From the NCBI GenBank assembly GCA_013265495.1, contig MU058213.1:4588001-4652000 (forward strand): a stretch of 64,000 bases of DNA, read 5' to 3'. Shown here piece by piece: positions 37,690 through 50,195 of this stretch. Under the pieces are notes generated by a model. That model saw nothing but the letters and a program-made list of their open reading frames with translations. It ran no database searches and was not told the origin of the DNA. Origin of the DNA: Vicugna vicugna. Its lineage: Eukaryota. Each line of letters starts with the position of its first letter. Positions within the stretch are counted from its first letter, which is position 1. The position numbers and the translations under genes were made by a program.

Positions 37690-38260
37690 GATCAACGCTG
37701 ATAGCGCGAGGAGCTTGATCTCACCCTGGACTGGCAGAGATTAATTAGCTCGATTCCCAAGCATAATTCCTAATTAGGCGCAGGAAGAAAAGAAAGAAAA
37801 CACAAAGGAACTATTCTTCCCCAAGAACCCCCGAGCTTCTGTCCAGGGGTGGCGGGGGAGGAATAGGAAACCGAGGAAGAAGCAGGTAAACATGTCCCAG
37901 CGCCGAGTGCCTCCTGCCTACGCCCAACCCCGGGCGCCCGCCCGCGAGCGCAGCCAGCGCTGAGGAGGGGGCGCCTTCCTGCAGCGGCCTCCTGGGAAAA
38001 TGTGCGTTTTCCTTCGTCGCTTTGCCCCCAGCGTCACAGCGCACAGAAAGGCGCGGTTAAGCAGGGCGCTTTGACGTTCCTGCCCTAGGCTTGCTCAGCC
38101 TCCGGGGGCGAGGGTGCCAGCAGCGGAGAATTCAGCTCCGCTGGGGTGGGGGAGAAGGACTGCGTGGGACGGGGGCGACTGCCCTGAGACCCGAGTAGAG
38201 ATAGTAACGGGAAAGTTTTCCCGCAGCTGGGAAGCCGGAGCCTTCTTGTTCTGTTACCGG
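37690..38260. promoter_or_regulatory. CpG-rich element ~4 kb downstream of the TCF12 poly(A) site
   Basis: Dense CpG (cgggcgcccgcccgcgagcg), GC-box-like sequence, paired TAATTA homeodomain motifs at ~37742 and ~37771, partial CTCF-like GAGGAGGGGGCGC at 37962-37974. Confidence 0.55.
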
Positions 38261-38795
38261 CATTTTCCAGAACCTTCCAGCCAGGGCTGCTGGGGGGGGG
38301 GCAACAGGAGGAAGGAGGGACCTGTGACTTAGCAGCGGTGAGATTTGGCCAGTCAGAGCTTAGCCCCTCTGAGCTTCACTTTCTTCTTCTGTGAACAGGG
38401 GTAATTAGTCATCGCATGAGCTCACCTGGTGGTGCCGGTGGGCACGTGGCACACGGGAGGCACTTTCTAGCCCACCTGAGGAAAGCCAACCAAGGGAGCG
38501 GCCAATCAAAAAATGATGTCGCTGTTAAGAAGATAATTGTTTGTATTTTTAGAAGTGATTGTTTTTCTGAAAGTCCTTGTCTTTTGGAGATACATATCCT
38601 GCAGTGTTTCCACAAGGAATGATAAGATGTCTGGAATTAGCTTCAGTATTAGGCAGGCAGCGGTGGTGCGGTGGGATGAGAGGCTTTGGATGAAACAAGA
38701 TCTGTGAGTTGTTAAAGCTGGGTGATAGGTACGTGGGGGTTGATTATGCTTTTAATTTTGTACGTGTTTGTCATTTTTCATCACAAAAAGTTGAA

Positions 38796-38886
38796 AGAGA
38801 GGAGAAAGGCAGGAAGAAAGGAAAGGAGGGAAGGAGGGGAAGAGGGAGGGAAAGAGGGAGGGAGAGGGGAGGAAAGAAGGAAAAAG
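38796..38886. repeat. Polypurine (GGA/GGAA-rich) low-complexity tract at the tail of an old L1 3' fragment (~38530-38795)
   Basis: About 90 nt of almost pure A/G, seen directly. Confidence 0.8.
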
Positions 38887-40832
38887 ATTCTGCTCCCGCG
38901 TCCCTTCTGAAACCTTTCCTGATCCCCAGGGAAGACAGAGGCTGTTTTCTGCTCGACCAGGGCAATGAGGCCCATGGAGACAGGAGGGACATCTAGGGAG
39001 CAGCGCTAAGCTGCAGAGACCCTCTGGGGACCATGGAGAGATCCAGCAGCACAGGGTGACAATGGAGCCTAGCACGGTGGTGCCCATGACATCAGGTGGT
39101 GAAGGGCCATGGGACCAAGAGAAAGGCATTAGAGGGGAGAACTCTCACAGCTGTGGAGGAGGAAGCAATGTGAACCAACTTCCCTACCTAAAGGAAGGGT
39201 GGCAGGGCTGTTGAGACTGGGAGGGAGAGGGGAGAGAGTGCTCCAGGATCAGGGTGAATTTTTTTGAAGTGAGGGAGAGCCTACTGTACCTCCAGGTACC
39301 AACTGGTGATATCTGGAGAGACACGGGCCACTCAAGGGCAGTTTGTGGTCTGGAAATTGGAAATGCCTTTCCCTGACCGGCGGGCAGGTGACCCTGGTCT
39401 AGCTGCCATGCCTGCCACCTCCAACAGCCAAGTTGCCCCACATGCCCGCTTCGGGGAAGATGGGCACCCTGAGCCCTCAAGTGACTGGGACTGGGGCTGT
39501 CCCATTTCCCTGAGGCTTCTCCAGGGCCCCGCAGGGCTGAGGATCCGGCCGCAATGACCCTCTCCCAGAGGACGGTCTGTGTCCTAGAGCAGCCTGCGTG
39601 GGGGAAAGTGGAGGGTGATGTGTCCAGATCTGCCCGTGGAGGCTGGTAATAGGGAAAGAAGAATCTGCCAACCAGTTTGGGGAAAGTGGATTTTGCAACA
39701 AGCTCCATGATGTTAAGAGCTTGGGGGTGGGGGAGGGAGTGCCTGGGAAGACCAAATGTTTAATATTTGGAAAAGAGGCTGTCTAAACAAAGCAATTAGG
39801 AGGCTCCTTTGTAGTGATATGAAAGAGATGAATTGGGTTTCTCCGACATCAAAGGACAGGAGATACAATGGGGAATGAGGCCCGTGGGCAGGGCTGAAGC
39901 AGAGACTCCAAAGACTCAGTGTGGGGGAGGAGAGCTCCCAGTAGTGTCTTTGAGGATCACTTTGAAGCCCCCTCCCCAGTAAAGCTTTCTCCCACTCATT
40001 TAACACACTTCCTAAAACCTAGCTCTCAGATGACTCCCCCAAAGCCGACTTTTCAAAAACAACATTTGCCACCAACCAGGAGAAACACAGGAGACTGCCC
40101 TCCACCATCGGCCATCCAGAAGACTGTCAAATCTTGAGGGTGAACAGAGGATGACAGGCCACCCAGCAGGTGGGTGGCCCCCTCAGTCAGCCTGCTGGGG
40201 CTCTGGAGGTCTACAGAACTGACTGAGAATCCTGCTTCTGCCCCCCAACTGGTTGACCCTAGGCAAGTCATTCGCCCTCTCTGCCTTGCCTGTAAAGTGG
40301 AAACAATGATCCGCAAATCACCAGGGTGTGGTGTGGGGCAGAGGAAATTTGGAGGAAAGAGAGAAGTTCCTTTGGATGGATTCTAATGGGCACAGAAGGA
40401 ACTAAACCGGTCACCCAGGGGGCCTTTCCCCCAAGCCCCAGCAGAGAGCTGATTACAGCATCCACTGAACACCCTACCTCCTCCTGGGCCCAGGGTGTCC
40501 CAGGGGCTGGGTACCCAGTCTGCTGCCCATGCTGGCCTATTGGAACACAGGATGACTTCTGAGGTTCATTTAACCCCCGAATTCAATGATGCTAGATTTC
40601 AATCTCACATTTTGAAGTGTTTGTGGGTGAAATGATATATCTGGGACTTGTTTTAAGATATTTTAGGAAAAAAATTAAAAACTACAGCATAGGTGAAACA
40701 GGAATGTCAAAATATTGATAATTCTTGAAACTGGATGAAAACACATGAAGACTGATTACTCTGTTCTCCCCTACTTTTGTGTATGCTTGATATTTTTCAC
40801 AAGAAAAAGTTAAATTTAAAATAGATGTCAAG

Positions 40833-40947
40833 GGAGGAGGGTACAGCTCAGTGCATGCCTAGCATACACGAGGTCCTAGGTTCAATCCCCAGTACTTCCA
40901 TTAAAAATAAATTAGTAAATAAACCTCATCTCCCCCCATAAAATATG
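40833..40947 (+). mobile_element. tRNA-derived SINE (camelid Vic-1-like) with a short deletion in the A box
   Basis: GGAGGAGGGTACAGCTCAGTG--CATGCCTAGCATACACGAGGTCCTAGGTTCAATCCCCAGTAC. TSD ATAGATgTCAAG (40821-40832) / ATAGATtTCAAG (40948-40959). Confidence 0.85.
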
Positions 40948-41807
40948 ATAGATTTCAAGCACTTACCCCCACTTTTCCCTCAGACACCCTACCTTCCATG
41001 ACCCAGCCTAACTGTGGAACTTTCAAAACAAATGCTGAAATCTCAGAGCTTATTCAAGAACCGGGGTGTGTCAGACCCACATCAGCTGCACAGCACGGCT
41101 GGCAAAGGCCGCTGCAAGCCTGTTCTGCCGGGCTTTGCTTTGTGCTTCTTACCCGTGCTCCTCTGGTCTCTCTCCATTTGCCCCGACTGCTCTCATCTCA
41201 TGTTTCTCCCGCGCTGCTGAAATGGCTACATTTGTTTTAATTACAAATAAGATCCTTGAGGGTGCGAGTGGGGGCGGCCCTGTGCTGTCCTCGGAGGTGC
41301 CCCGCCGGCCCTCTCTGAAAGATGGGTCATCTCCTGCTTCTTCCTCCGCGTTTATTTTTAGACAGAGATGTGCTAGAAGGGACTCTCGAACTCACAGCCT
41401 TCAGAGGGAGGGTTAGATTAGCGCCACCCCCACCCCCGCTCGTGACCTCCATGCTTGTGTCCCTGGACCGCAGTAGAGTTATTCTCTTTGCCCTTCGGGG
41501 AGGAAGCACAGAGCCTGGGGAGGGAACTCAGGAAAGGGCTTTTCAGAGGTGGAGCTGGGGTGGGGTGATGAATTATTATTAACATGTGATTTATTTTTCT
41601 GGACTGGACCTCTCCTTCCCGGGAGGGCTCTTTCTAGACCTAAGCGGTCTCGGCTGGGGGCTGCCTTAGCATCAGGGTCTATCCCAGCTTCCCAGCCCTC
41701 TGGCCTTTTCCTCCCCCGCCAGTTCTCCTGCAGCCCAGGCCCTCCTGGTCACCCAAGCCCCAGGCTTGCACACCCATCCCAGCAGCCCTTTAACTTCCAG
41801 CGCTGGG

Positions 41808-41821
41808 GCGCCCCCTGCTGC
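41808..41821 (-). promoter_or_regulatory. CTCF core motif candidate
   Basis: The minus strand reads GCAGCAGGGGGCGC, one mismatch from the canonical CCAGCAGGGGGCGC core. Confidence 0.55.
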
Positions 41822-43148
41822 TAGAAATTGTTGTGACCATTGGGGCAGAGGGTTTGGTTAGGAGGCTGGTTGGGTTCACATCACAAACAAACGACATTGG
41901 CAAACAATCCAGCAAAAAGAACTTCTCAGTCATCCACAGGCCAGCATTCTGCTGGAAAGCGTGGAGGAAACAGGCTAAGATATGGGCCGTGCCTGCCAGG
42001 CTACAACCAGGGGCATGGAGCTGGCCCCCTGCACTCTGCCTGCCTCCTGCCTGGAAGGCCCACCCCAGGCCACGTGACCCAGCTTTCAGCTAGACCCTAG
42101 GCTCTGGGCCAGCCTGGACCCCCTCTGAGACCCCTGGCAAGGAAGGCAAGTGAGGCAGCATCCAGGTGCCCTCCTTGCAGGCCCCACCCCCTCCCCTTCC
42201 AGGCTCTCCTTCCTGTTCTCACTGGCTCTGGGGGCCTGGCACCATCCCCTGGTGCCTTGCTTCTGACCCCATTCTGCTAAGAACCAAGTCTGGTTTTCCA
42301 TTTTCCAGGGGCCAGAGCCCCTTCTCCCCCACCCTCCTGCCCAGGCTGTGTGGCCTCCGGGCCACAGGCCCCTCACCCCAGGACCAGGGCCCAGTCACCC
42401 ACAAGGCCCTCAGGGCCCACCCTCCTTTAGGAAATGAATGTTTCTATTTCTTTTAAAGTCAAAAGGAAGAAATAAACTTTTAGGCTGAAGAAAATGTTTT
42501 AGTGCACAATATTAACATCTTCATCTTTCTACCAACACAGTCGTAAAATATAACTTTAAATATTATTTTGAGAGCAACAAAAGGGGCCCACTCAAGTCCT
42601 AATGTGGTCCCTGGTTGTGGCCATCTGCCTGGGCAGCCATCTGATGGCCAGCAGGGCTAAAATGCCAGCGAAGGCCAGATTCCTCGGACGTGGCAGGGAC
42701 AGAATTCTCTCTAGAGAGCCTCGTGTGGATTCTCGGCTTTTTATTTTCTCTCTTACTAAAAATGTGTGATGTTTGCGTTGTCAGAGGACAAACAGAACCT
42801 TGGCTTGTGTTTTACGTCTGAGGAAACGGGTCTCCTGTACTTTTGGCTGTTCCTTCACGTTCCTGGTAGAGACCCCACCCCCTTTGGAAAGGAGGGACAG
42901 TATTCAGGATGCTGGGTGGAGGTGGCAGGCTTGTCCCTCCATTGGCCCTCCCCTCCAGCGATGGCTGTGGAATCCAGGCTGGTCCTCTTCCCACATCTGC
43001 CCCCAGGCTGTCTGATGACTGCCAGTTCCGCCCCCCGTCAGTGTCCTGTCTGCTTCCTACAGGCCACCCCCTCCTATATGTCCTCAGCCTGGGCCTTCTC
43101 AGGGGTTCTAGACACCTCTTCCGTATCTGCTTTGTTGTTTCCTCCATC

Positions 43149-43498
43149 GTGGGAATTTGCTAGGGCTGCCCCAGCAGAGCACCACAGGCCGCGTGACTAA
43201 ATCAGAAATGTGTCCTCCCACAGCTCCGGAGACCCGACGCCTGGAATCCAGTGCCGGTGGGTGGTCTCTTCCGGGGCGCTGCTCCCGCCCCTGTGCCCAC
43301 ACACAGTCCCCCCTGGGTCTGTGTCCTCATCAACTCTTCTTACACGGCCACCGGGCATGTGATTAGGACCTGCCCTGATGACATCATTTTAGCTTAATTA
43401 CCTCTTTAAAGGTCCAGTCTCCAGATGGTCACATTCTGAGGTCCTGGAGGTTAGGACTTCAACACATGAATGTACAGGAGACAGTTCTGCCTATAACA
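43149..43498. mobile_element. ERVL-MaLR solo LTR (MLT1A/B-like)
   Basis: tttgctagggctgcc... start and ...cacattctgaggtcctggaggttaggacttcaacacatgaa...ctataaca end, both typical of MLT1. Confidence 0.8.
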
Positions 43499-45619
43499 CC
43501 CGCCACCACCTCTGTGTCCACGCACAGGAATAGTTATCAGGACTACGGAAGAGGAGCTTGGGAAGGGTGACAGTCTGAGGAGTCACAGGCAAGATGGGGA
43601 TGGGACGAACGGCTGCCAACAGGCAATGCGCAGCTGAGGCCGGCCCAGCATCGAGGCCGAGAGGGGCCATTTTGCCTGGGGGAGAAGCGCGCGCTCCATG
43701 GCTGGGTCCACTTGGCCAGCCCTTGACAAGACTGCCTCTTGATGTTTATAAAGTTATGATTATTAATGGGAAGGATTTAGTGTCTCTTGATCTAAATTTA
43801 TACATACTCTTTTTAGGCTGGGCTTATAATAAAGACCGACAGCAACCCCCTCCCCCAGGCCTTCCTAGTCCATGATGCCTCTACCCAGACATTACCTGTC
43901 TTTTTAACCAAAAAGCCTGAAACTTGTTCCAGAAATTCAAGAATTCAATGGCTGTGGAGCCAAATTCATGAACTGAGTTTATAAAGTTTATAAAGAACGT
44001 CCAAGATGATTCTTTTCGATAGGGGAATCTTGCTCAAACCCAGCCTGCACCTAGCCTGTCCTTGGGTAGAACATTCCTGGAAAGATGCTAACTTTCAACC
44101 GGCCTCCCGCACGGCACCCCCCACCCCCAATTTCCTCCCCCCACCCTTTGGGCTGTTGCACACCCAAGGAGTCCAGTTCATTCAGAAAGCCAAAGGTGGG
44201 CAAAGTGGGGAAGAGTCATCTCTCTGAAAGAGAATAGATCCCTGTATTCCAAAGCCAAACACAAAGTAAAATGATATTTTCCAAGATAAAACGCTGCTCG
44301 GCATTCTGCAGGTTGGTGCCCCTCCTCATGCTAGAGTTCCAGGTCTCTGTTCCAAGCCCATCAATTCTCTTGCTAGTAAAATAAGAAAGAGTTGAAGGAT
44401 CACTTTTTAATTTTACCATCTTGGCGGTGATCCCCCCTGGCCTCCCTTCACCAGCCCACATTTTTCCTGGCGGTGGGAGACGGGAAGGCGCGGGGGGAGA
44501 CGGGACTGCAGCTGTGTCATCTCCTTCAAAGCAAACCTCTCTGCTGAGGTCTCCAGATGCCGGCCGGGCTTGGAGGAACACTAAATCCCACCCTGACTGC
44601 CACTCAGCCTGGAGTCACTTGTGCAGAATAACGATAGCCCTCGAACTCCCGTGGACGTGGAGTTTGAACCCAGGGTGAGCCGAACTTGCCTGTGCTCTGT
44701 GGCCCACGGCGACCCTTGGGAAAATCTCAGGCTTCATTCCTGGGGGAGGTTGGGCGACAGGCCCCACGCTGTTCTTTCAGCTCCCGCTTTTCCCATCTCT
44801 GCTACCAGGACCTTCACCCAAACACGCTTCCTGCGTCCTTCCTTCCTCTCACAGTGATTGGTAGGAGTCCTAGAGGCTGCAGATGGAGCTGTGCCTGGAA
44901 CCCAGGATTAGGCTTAGCTGGGGCCCCGAGCTCAGTTCTGCCCGAGACCCTGGCCATCTCTGGGGGCCTGCTGTCCTGTGCTGTCATCATGGCACCTGTT
45001 GGTAATTGACACCAGCCTGGGTTCTTTCTGTTCTCAACAGGAGTCGGGCAGGGATCACGTATGGACGGCCCCCCCCGAACGCTCTCTGGTACACCAGTAT
45101 AAAAACCCTGGCGGTTTCAAGTCATGAAATCCTGAAGTAGGAGGGAACTTTGATGTTGTTAGTCCCACTCTGACCCAGCACCCTCTACCCAGGCCCACCT
45201 GGTCTCTGCTTCCTGCCAACAAGGGACACTGCTTGGGATGTGGCCCATCCTCCCCTCTGATCGCCAAAGAGCGAGTGACGGTAACAGCAGTGAACAGCTA
45301 TGGAGCCTGAGGATGGGCCCGGCACCACGACAGGCTCCCAGCGCTGTGACGGCGGCTTCGCCAGTGCCTCGTGTAATAGAACCCGAGTCTCCCGGCACAC
45401 GGTGTGACAGCAACACCAGGAAGAGGAGGCCCTGAAAAGGGCAGATCACACAGACCTTAACCTCTCTGTGCCTCATTTGCTCCATTTGTAAGATGGGCTA
45501 ATTAAGAGTACCTATTGTCTTTGAGGATTAAATGAATGTATATCTTAAATACATTGTATATGGCTTCAACTCATGCCTGGTACATAGTCATTGTTTATAT
45601 ACATGTTAGTTAAGTTAGT

Positions 45620-46240
45620 CTATCCGTCTGGGTCCAGTCTGGAGAGAAAAACCCAGTGGTAATTTAGACAGGCATCGTTTAACATAAAGACTTGCCCACT
45701 GTACAGGGACTGGAGTAACAGCGAAGGATATAGGACTAGAGGATGAGAGAACAGTCACCAACCTGCAGGCTGAGATCACACACCAGCCCGAGAGCTACAC
45801 CTTGTTGGAGAGGGCATGGGGGAGCTCGCTGGATGGCAGAGGAGCCGCTGTCGGACTGCAGCGGGGGAACTTGCTGGGAATGTGCTCAAGGACGCTGGAG
45901 AAAGCTGTTCAAGGAGACGTCTCACCCAAGGTGCGGGCGGGTTTGCTGACGCCCCGGGTGCCGTTGGCCACCCTGACCGCGCGCTGAGGCAGCTCTGCGC
46001 TGGATGAGCCGCCCGGGCCGCAGAAGCAGGGGCCGGACCCAGGGAAGCCCCCGACGCCGGCTGCAGGGGCCTGCAGTGTGCCGACCCCTGCCCACCGCAG
46101 GCTCTCTCTCCATGCCCTCTACTCACAGAGTGTCAGTGCCAGCCGCCAGAGGGAAAACACTTCAAAGGCCCGTGTTACATTCCACAGAGCAGGCAAAAGG
46201 GTGCATTTGAAGCTGAGAGGCAATAAGTCAACAGCTGGCA
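45620..46240. mobile_element. Degenerate ERVL-type LTR
   Basis: Ends in gctgagaggcaataagtcaacagctggcaca. Subfamily uncertain. Confidence 0.4.
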
Positions 46241-47169
46241 CAGGTGGCTAGCATTATTTTTACTACTGTGCAGCGTTTTGTTTACATAAGCTCTCTAAGA
46301 AGTTAGGGGGACAGAGAGACAGATGAAAACCTGGAAGAACCGTAAGCTTCACCACTCCAGGTTCCAGGTTTGAGGGGCACAGACCGTGGACTCTGCTAAT
46401 CAGAGGGTCTAGGGAAACGAAGCACCAGAGAGTGGCTCAGGAGGGCCCTGCAGGGTCCTGAGAGATGGAGGGGAGCGTCAGAGGAGGGCAAGCCGCATCT
46501 CCTCCCAGCCACGCCCGGGGCTATGGATGTTTCTGGAAGTCTAGTTTATGCGAGTGGGAGCCTGCGGAAGATGCAAGGAGCGCGAGTTTGCTGGGGCAGA
46601 CCTGGCGTCCTGACTCGCCTTTGGGCCAGCTCCCTGTTCTGCCAGAGGCAGCAAAAGAACTGGTCTTGAGATGGAAGCGTCACTGAGAGACCGTTACCCC
46701 AGCTAGAAAAGGGGCCCCAAGGACAGGAAGACTCGGTGAGTTTACTGCTTCATGTAGGGGGCGTGGCAAAAGGTTGTGCCCAAATTTCAGTGCATCCTGT
46801 GGCTACCCAAAGGACCACGAAAGTCACACTCCTCAAAACATTTAAGTTCCTTGGGAACTGTACCTGGAGCTTTCCTAGGATCTGGACCAGCTCTCACTGC
46901 TCCGAATTCTTGCTACAAAGTGTGGTCCACAAACCACGGCCTCAGAAGCACCTGGGAGTGTTGTTAGAAATGCAGCATCTTGGGCCCTGCCCAGAGAGTG
47001 ACTCAGAAACTGTATCTTCCGATCCCCGGAGACTCGTATCCAGTAAGGTTCCAGAAGTATGGTTCACTTCTGGCTAGGTAAGTTACAAGGCCCAGGGCAA
47101 AACGAAAACGTGGCACCCCGTGTTAAAAAGTGAACAGTTTCAAGACAGCAGCAGCAGAGCTCTGTTTTT

Positions 47170-47500
47170 GTTTTTATTTTGGTAACGTCTAGATACGTAA
47201 CATTTGCCATTTTAACCCTTTTTGCATGTACAATTCAGTGCCATTAACTACATTCACATTCGTGTGACTATCACCATCATTCATGTTCAGAGCTTTTCCA
47301 TCTTCCCAAATGGAAACTCTTTACCCCTTAAACAATAACTCCCTGTCCTCCCAGCCCCTGGCAACCACCGTTCTGTTTTCTGTCTCCACGAATCTGACTC
47401 CTCTGTGTGCCTCATGTAAGTGGAATCACACAGTATTTGTCCTTCTGTGACTGGCTTCTTCCACTGAGCATAATGTCCTCAAGGTTCGTCCATGTTACAG
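47170..47500 (-). mobile_element. LINE-1 (L1MA/MB) 3' fragment
   Basis: catttgccattttaacc...cccagcccctggcaaccacc...gtaagtggaatcacacagtatttgtcctt. Confidence 0.85.
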
Positions 47501-49744
47501 CTGAGTATTAAAACAAGTGTGTGGCCCTGCTGGGCACAGGGTCCTCTGTGGCTGCACAGGTCATACACTCTGGCACTATTCTCTAGCAGTGGAGGGGGCT
47601 ATTTTTCCAAAAGTCACCAAGAAAACTTCTCAATGTTTCCTCACATTGGAGGCCTTCTGATTTTTTTTAAAGCATTTTTCAAAGCTGAGGATGAGAAACC
47701 TGAATCCACTTCCCTAATTAGAACTAGACAGCCCTGGGGATGGCATTTTCAAGATGTGAATAGCTAAGCTCAGCCCGGAGGTTTCCAGGAGGAACCGTGA
47801 AGAGAGGGAGACAAAGGCTCTCTCCAAATCACCAGTCCAGGCACTATATCCCCAGTGGCCTGCAAAAGGGAGCAAAAGGACAGATAGTTCCTGACACCCC
47901 TCCATCCCACAAGCGTCAGGTCCTAACTCCCAGAGGGATGGTGTCAGGGTGGCAGAGAGCACGTCTGGTCTCCGCCAGCCTCCTGGCAGATGCTGTCAGG
48001 TATCCATGACAAGGAGCTGGGCACAAGGTGTGTGTAGGTCCTGACTCGGGCAACATCACATGGTGAGATCCCCAAATCCACGGTCATGGGCACAGAGCCT
48101 AGCGTTGCTCTGCATCCCAGCCTCAAAACTGCCCCAACCTCTTGTCGAAAATAACGTCACTTCTTATTTTACATTGTTTCGAAAAATCGCCAACGTATTC
48201 ACGTTTTCAGTAATTGGTGTGGCGTCTCACTTAAGTGGGGGATGCTTCACCAAATCAGTAAAATGAAATGTGCATTACATCTTTCAAACTCAACACTTTG
48301 ATCCCTCCAAGAGCACGTAGAAGTGTGGGCGAGGTCAATCCCAGGCAGGAAAACTCCTTTGGGATCTTTAACGAAGACAGGAAACCGGCTTATCATGAGC
48401 TTATCAGTTCCTGCATGGAAATGGAAGATTTTTATAGTTCTGGAAAAGTCTGCTGGTTCTCCACGGCCGTGACATCTTGTTTACACCATCGTTGGCTCAG
48501 CCACTCCACTCGCATCACTTCCACCAAAGTAAACGTCAGCCCTGATTCTGCAAAATGTCACACACTTCAAATTGTTGCATTTAAGTAAATTCTTGATATG
48601 TTATCCTGCTTTACTCCAGGCCCTTGAAACGCTTTTTAACGAAAACAGCTTAGACCTGTGGAAACAGGCAGTTCTGATATTTTCATTTTGAAGGTAAGTG
48701 GCAGAAATTTTGAGGCTGTGACTTCCAGACTTGCCTGAGTTCCCAGGCTCCCCATCTCCCATGCCCACCTTGTTGCTGGGCAAGAATCCAGCTCACCGCC
48801 CTGGGCTGGAAAGAGAGGCCGGGGCAGAGGGGAGGCTGCTCCAGGAGCCTCCACTGCCCTGTGTAATTACAGGTCGCCTGGCCGGTGACCGCTGCCCGCG
48901 GTGACTTGGGGACTGGCACCAGATGATGCCCCAAGTGCGCCTGCACCGTCTGAGTCACAGGCGGGAACTTGTTTTCCTCCTGCATCCCAGGCTGCACTCC
49001 AACATGACTGTGACAGAGGTGCAGAACCCCACGGCTTCTTGGCAATTAAGTGGTTCTCACACTTCTATTTTTAAAAGCCTTGGAAACGAGTAACCTGGGG
49101 GAGCAAGGTGGTTGGGTGAATGTCTTTCCAAATCTCTCCGTCAGAGGCCCTGTCCTGGGTGGGGTCCCAAAGCAACTGTGAAACCAAAATGCCATGACAG
49201 GCCTGCTCTGCAACCCTGCTCCTCAGATGATCAAAACAGACACACCCGGAGGAACCCAGACCCTCGCAGTCTGTCCTGTGTGACCACAGAGAGTATGTTC
49301 TGGCCTCAGGTCCCCAAGTGGTCCAGATGGTCGTCCCATCTGGGATTTGGCTGCAGTGGGTCCCAAGAAAGCTGGCCCAGAGAGGAGGCTGAGGGGTGGG
49401 GAGGCTGTTAGGTGGCATTCTTGGGATCTGCATCTGGGAAGGGAAGGGAAGGGAAGGCAAGAGGCGGGAAGGGGGCAGGTGTGAGTGGAGGAAGGAGTCG
49501 CGCTGGGGTGCATCTCAGCAGACCTTTGGGGGCTCTGAAATCTGGAGACCCCTCAGAGCATCAAAGGCACAGTGAAAGTCAGGCCTTTATACCCCATGCC
49601 AGTCAGGCATTTGTGTGGCCCCTGGGGGTGGGCAAACCAGGCAGCATGCCAGCAGCGGGGGGGAGCAAGTGAGGTCTTACTTCCTGAAGCTGCATCACAG
49701 CATCCAGGATAGCATTTCATTTCTTCTGTTTCATCTGCAAGCAT

Positions 49745-50195
49745 TTTTTTAATGGAAGTGAAATTCACATAACCTAAAATCATAAAATGAACCATTTTAA
49801 AGTGGACAATGCAGTGGTGTTTAGAGTTCACAGGGTTGTGCAACAACCACCTATATCACATTTCTAAATATTTTCATCACCCCAAATGAAAACGCTGCCC
49901 ATTCAGCAGTCACTGCCTTCCCTCTCCCCCAGCCCTGGGCCAATGACAATCTGTTTTCTCTCTCTATGGATTTGCCTATTCTGGACTTTTCATATAAATG
50001 GAATCATATAATTTGTGACCTTTTGTACCAGGCTCATTTCACTTAGCGCAAGAGTTTCAAGAGTCATGCATGTCATAGCAGGTGTCAGTACTTCATTCCT
50101 TTTAGTAGCTGAGTAATACTTCATCACATGGATACACTATATTTGGTTTACCCATTCAGCTATTGATGGACTTTGGATTGTAGCATCTTTTTAAG
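49745..50195 (-). mobile_element. LINE-1 (L1MB) 3' fragment
   Basis: gtgaaattcacataac...ctctatggatttgcctattctggac...aatggaatcata...cccattcagctattgatggac. Confidence 0.85.

Noticed and set aside
38709..39129. Arg/Gly/Glu-rich and Leu/Ser/Pro-rich ORFs
   Set aside because: They are translations of the polypurine low-complexity tract.
45098..45104. TATAAAA as a promoter
   Set aside because: An isolated motif with no supporting island or clear downstream exon structure; expected by chance.
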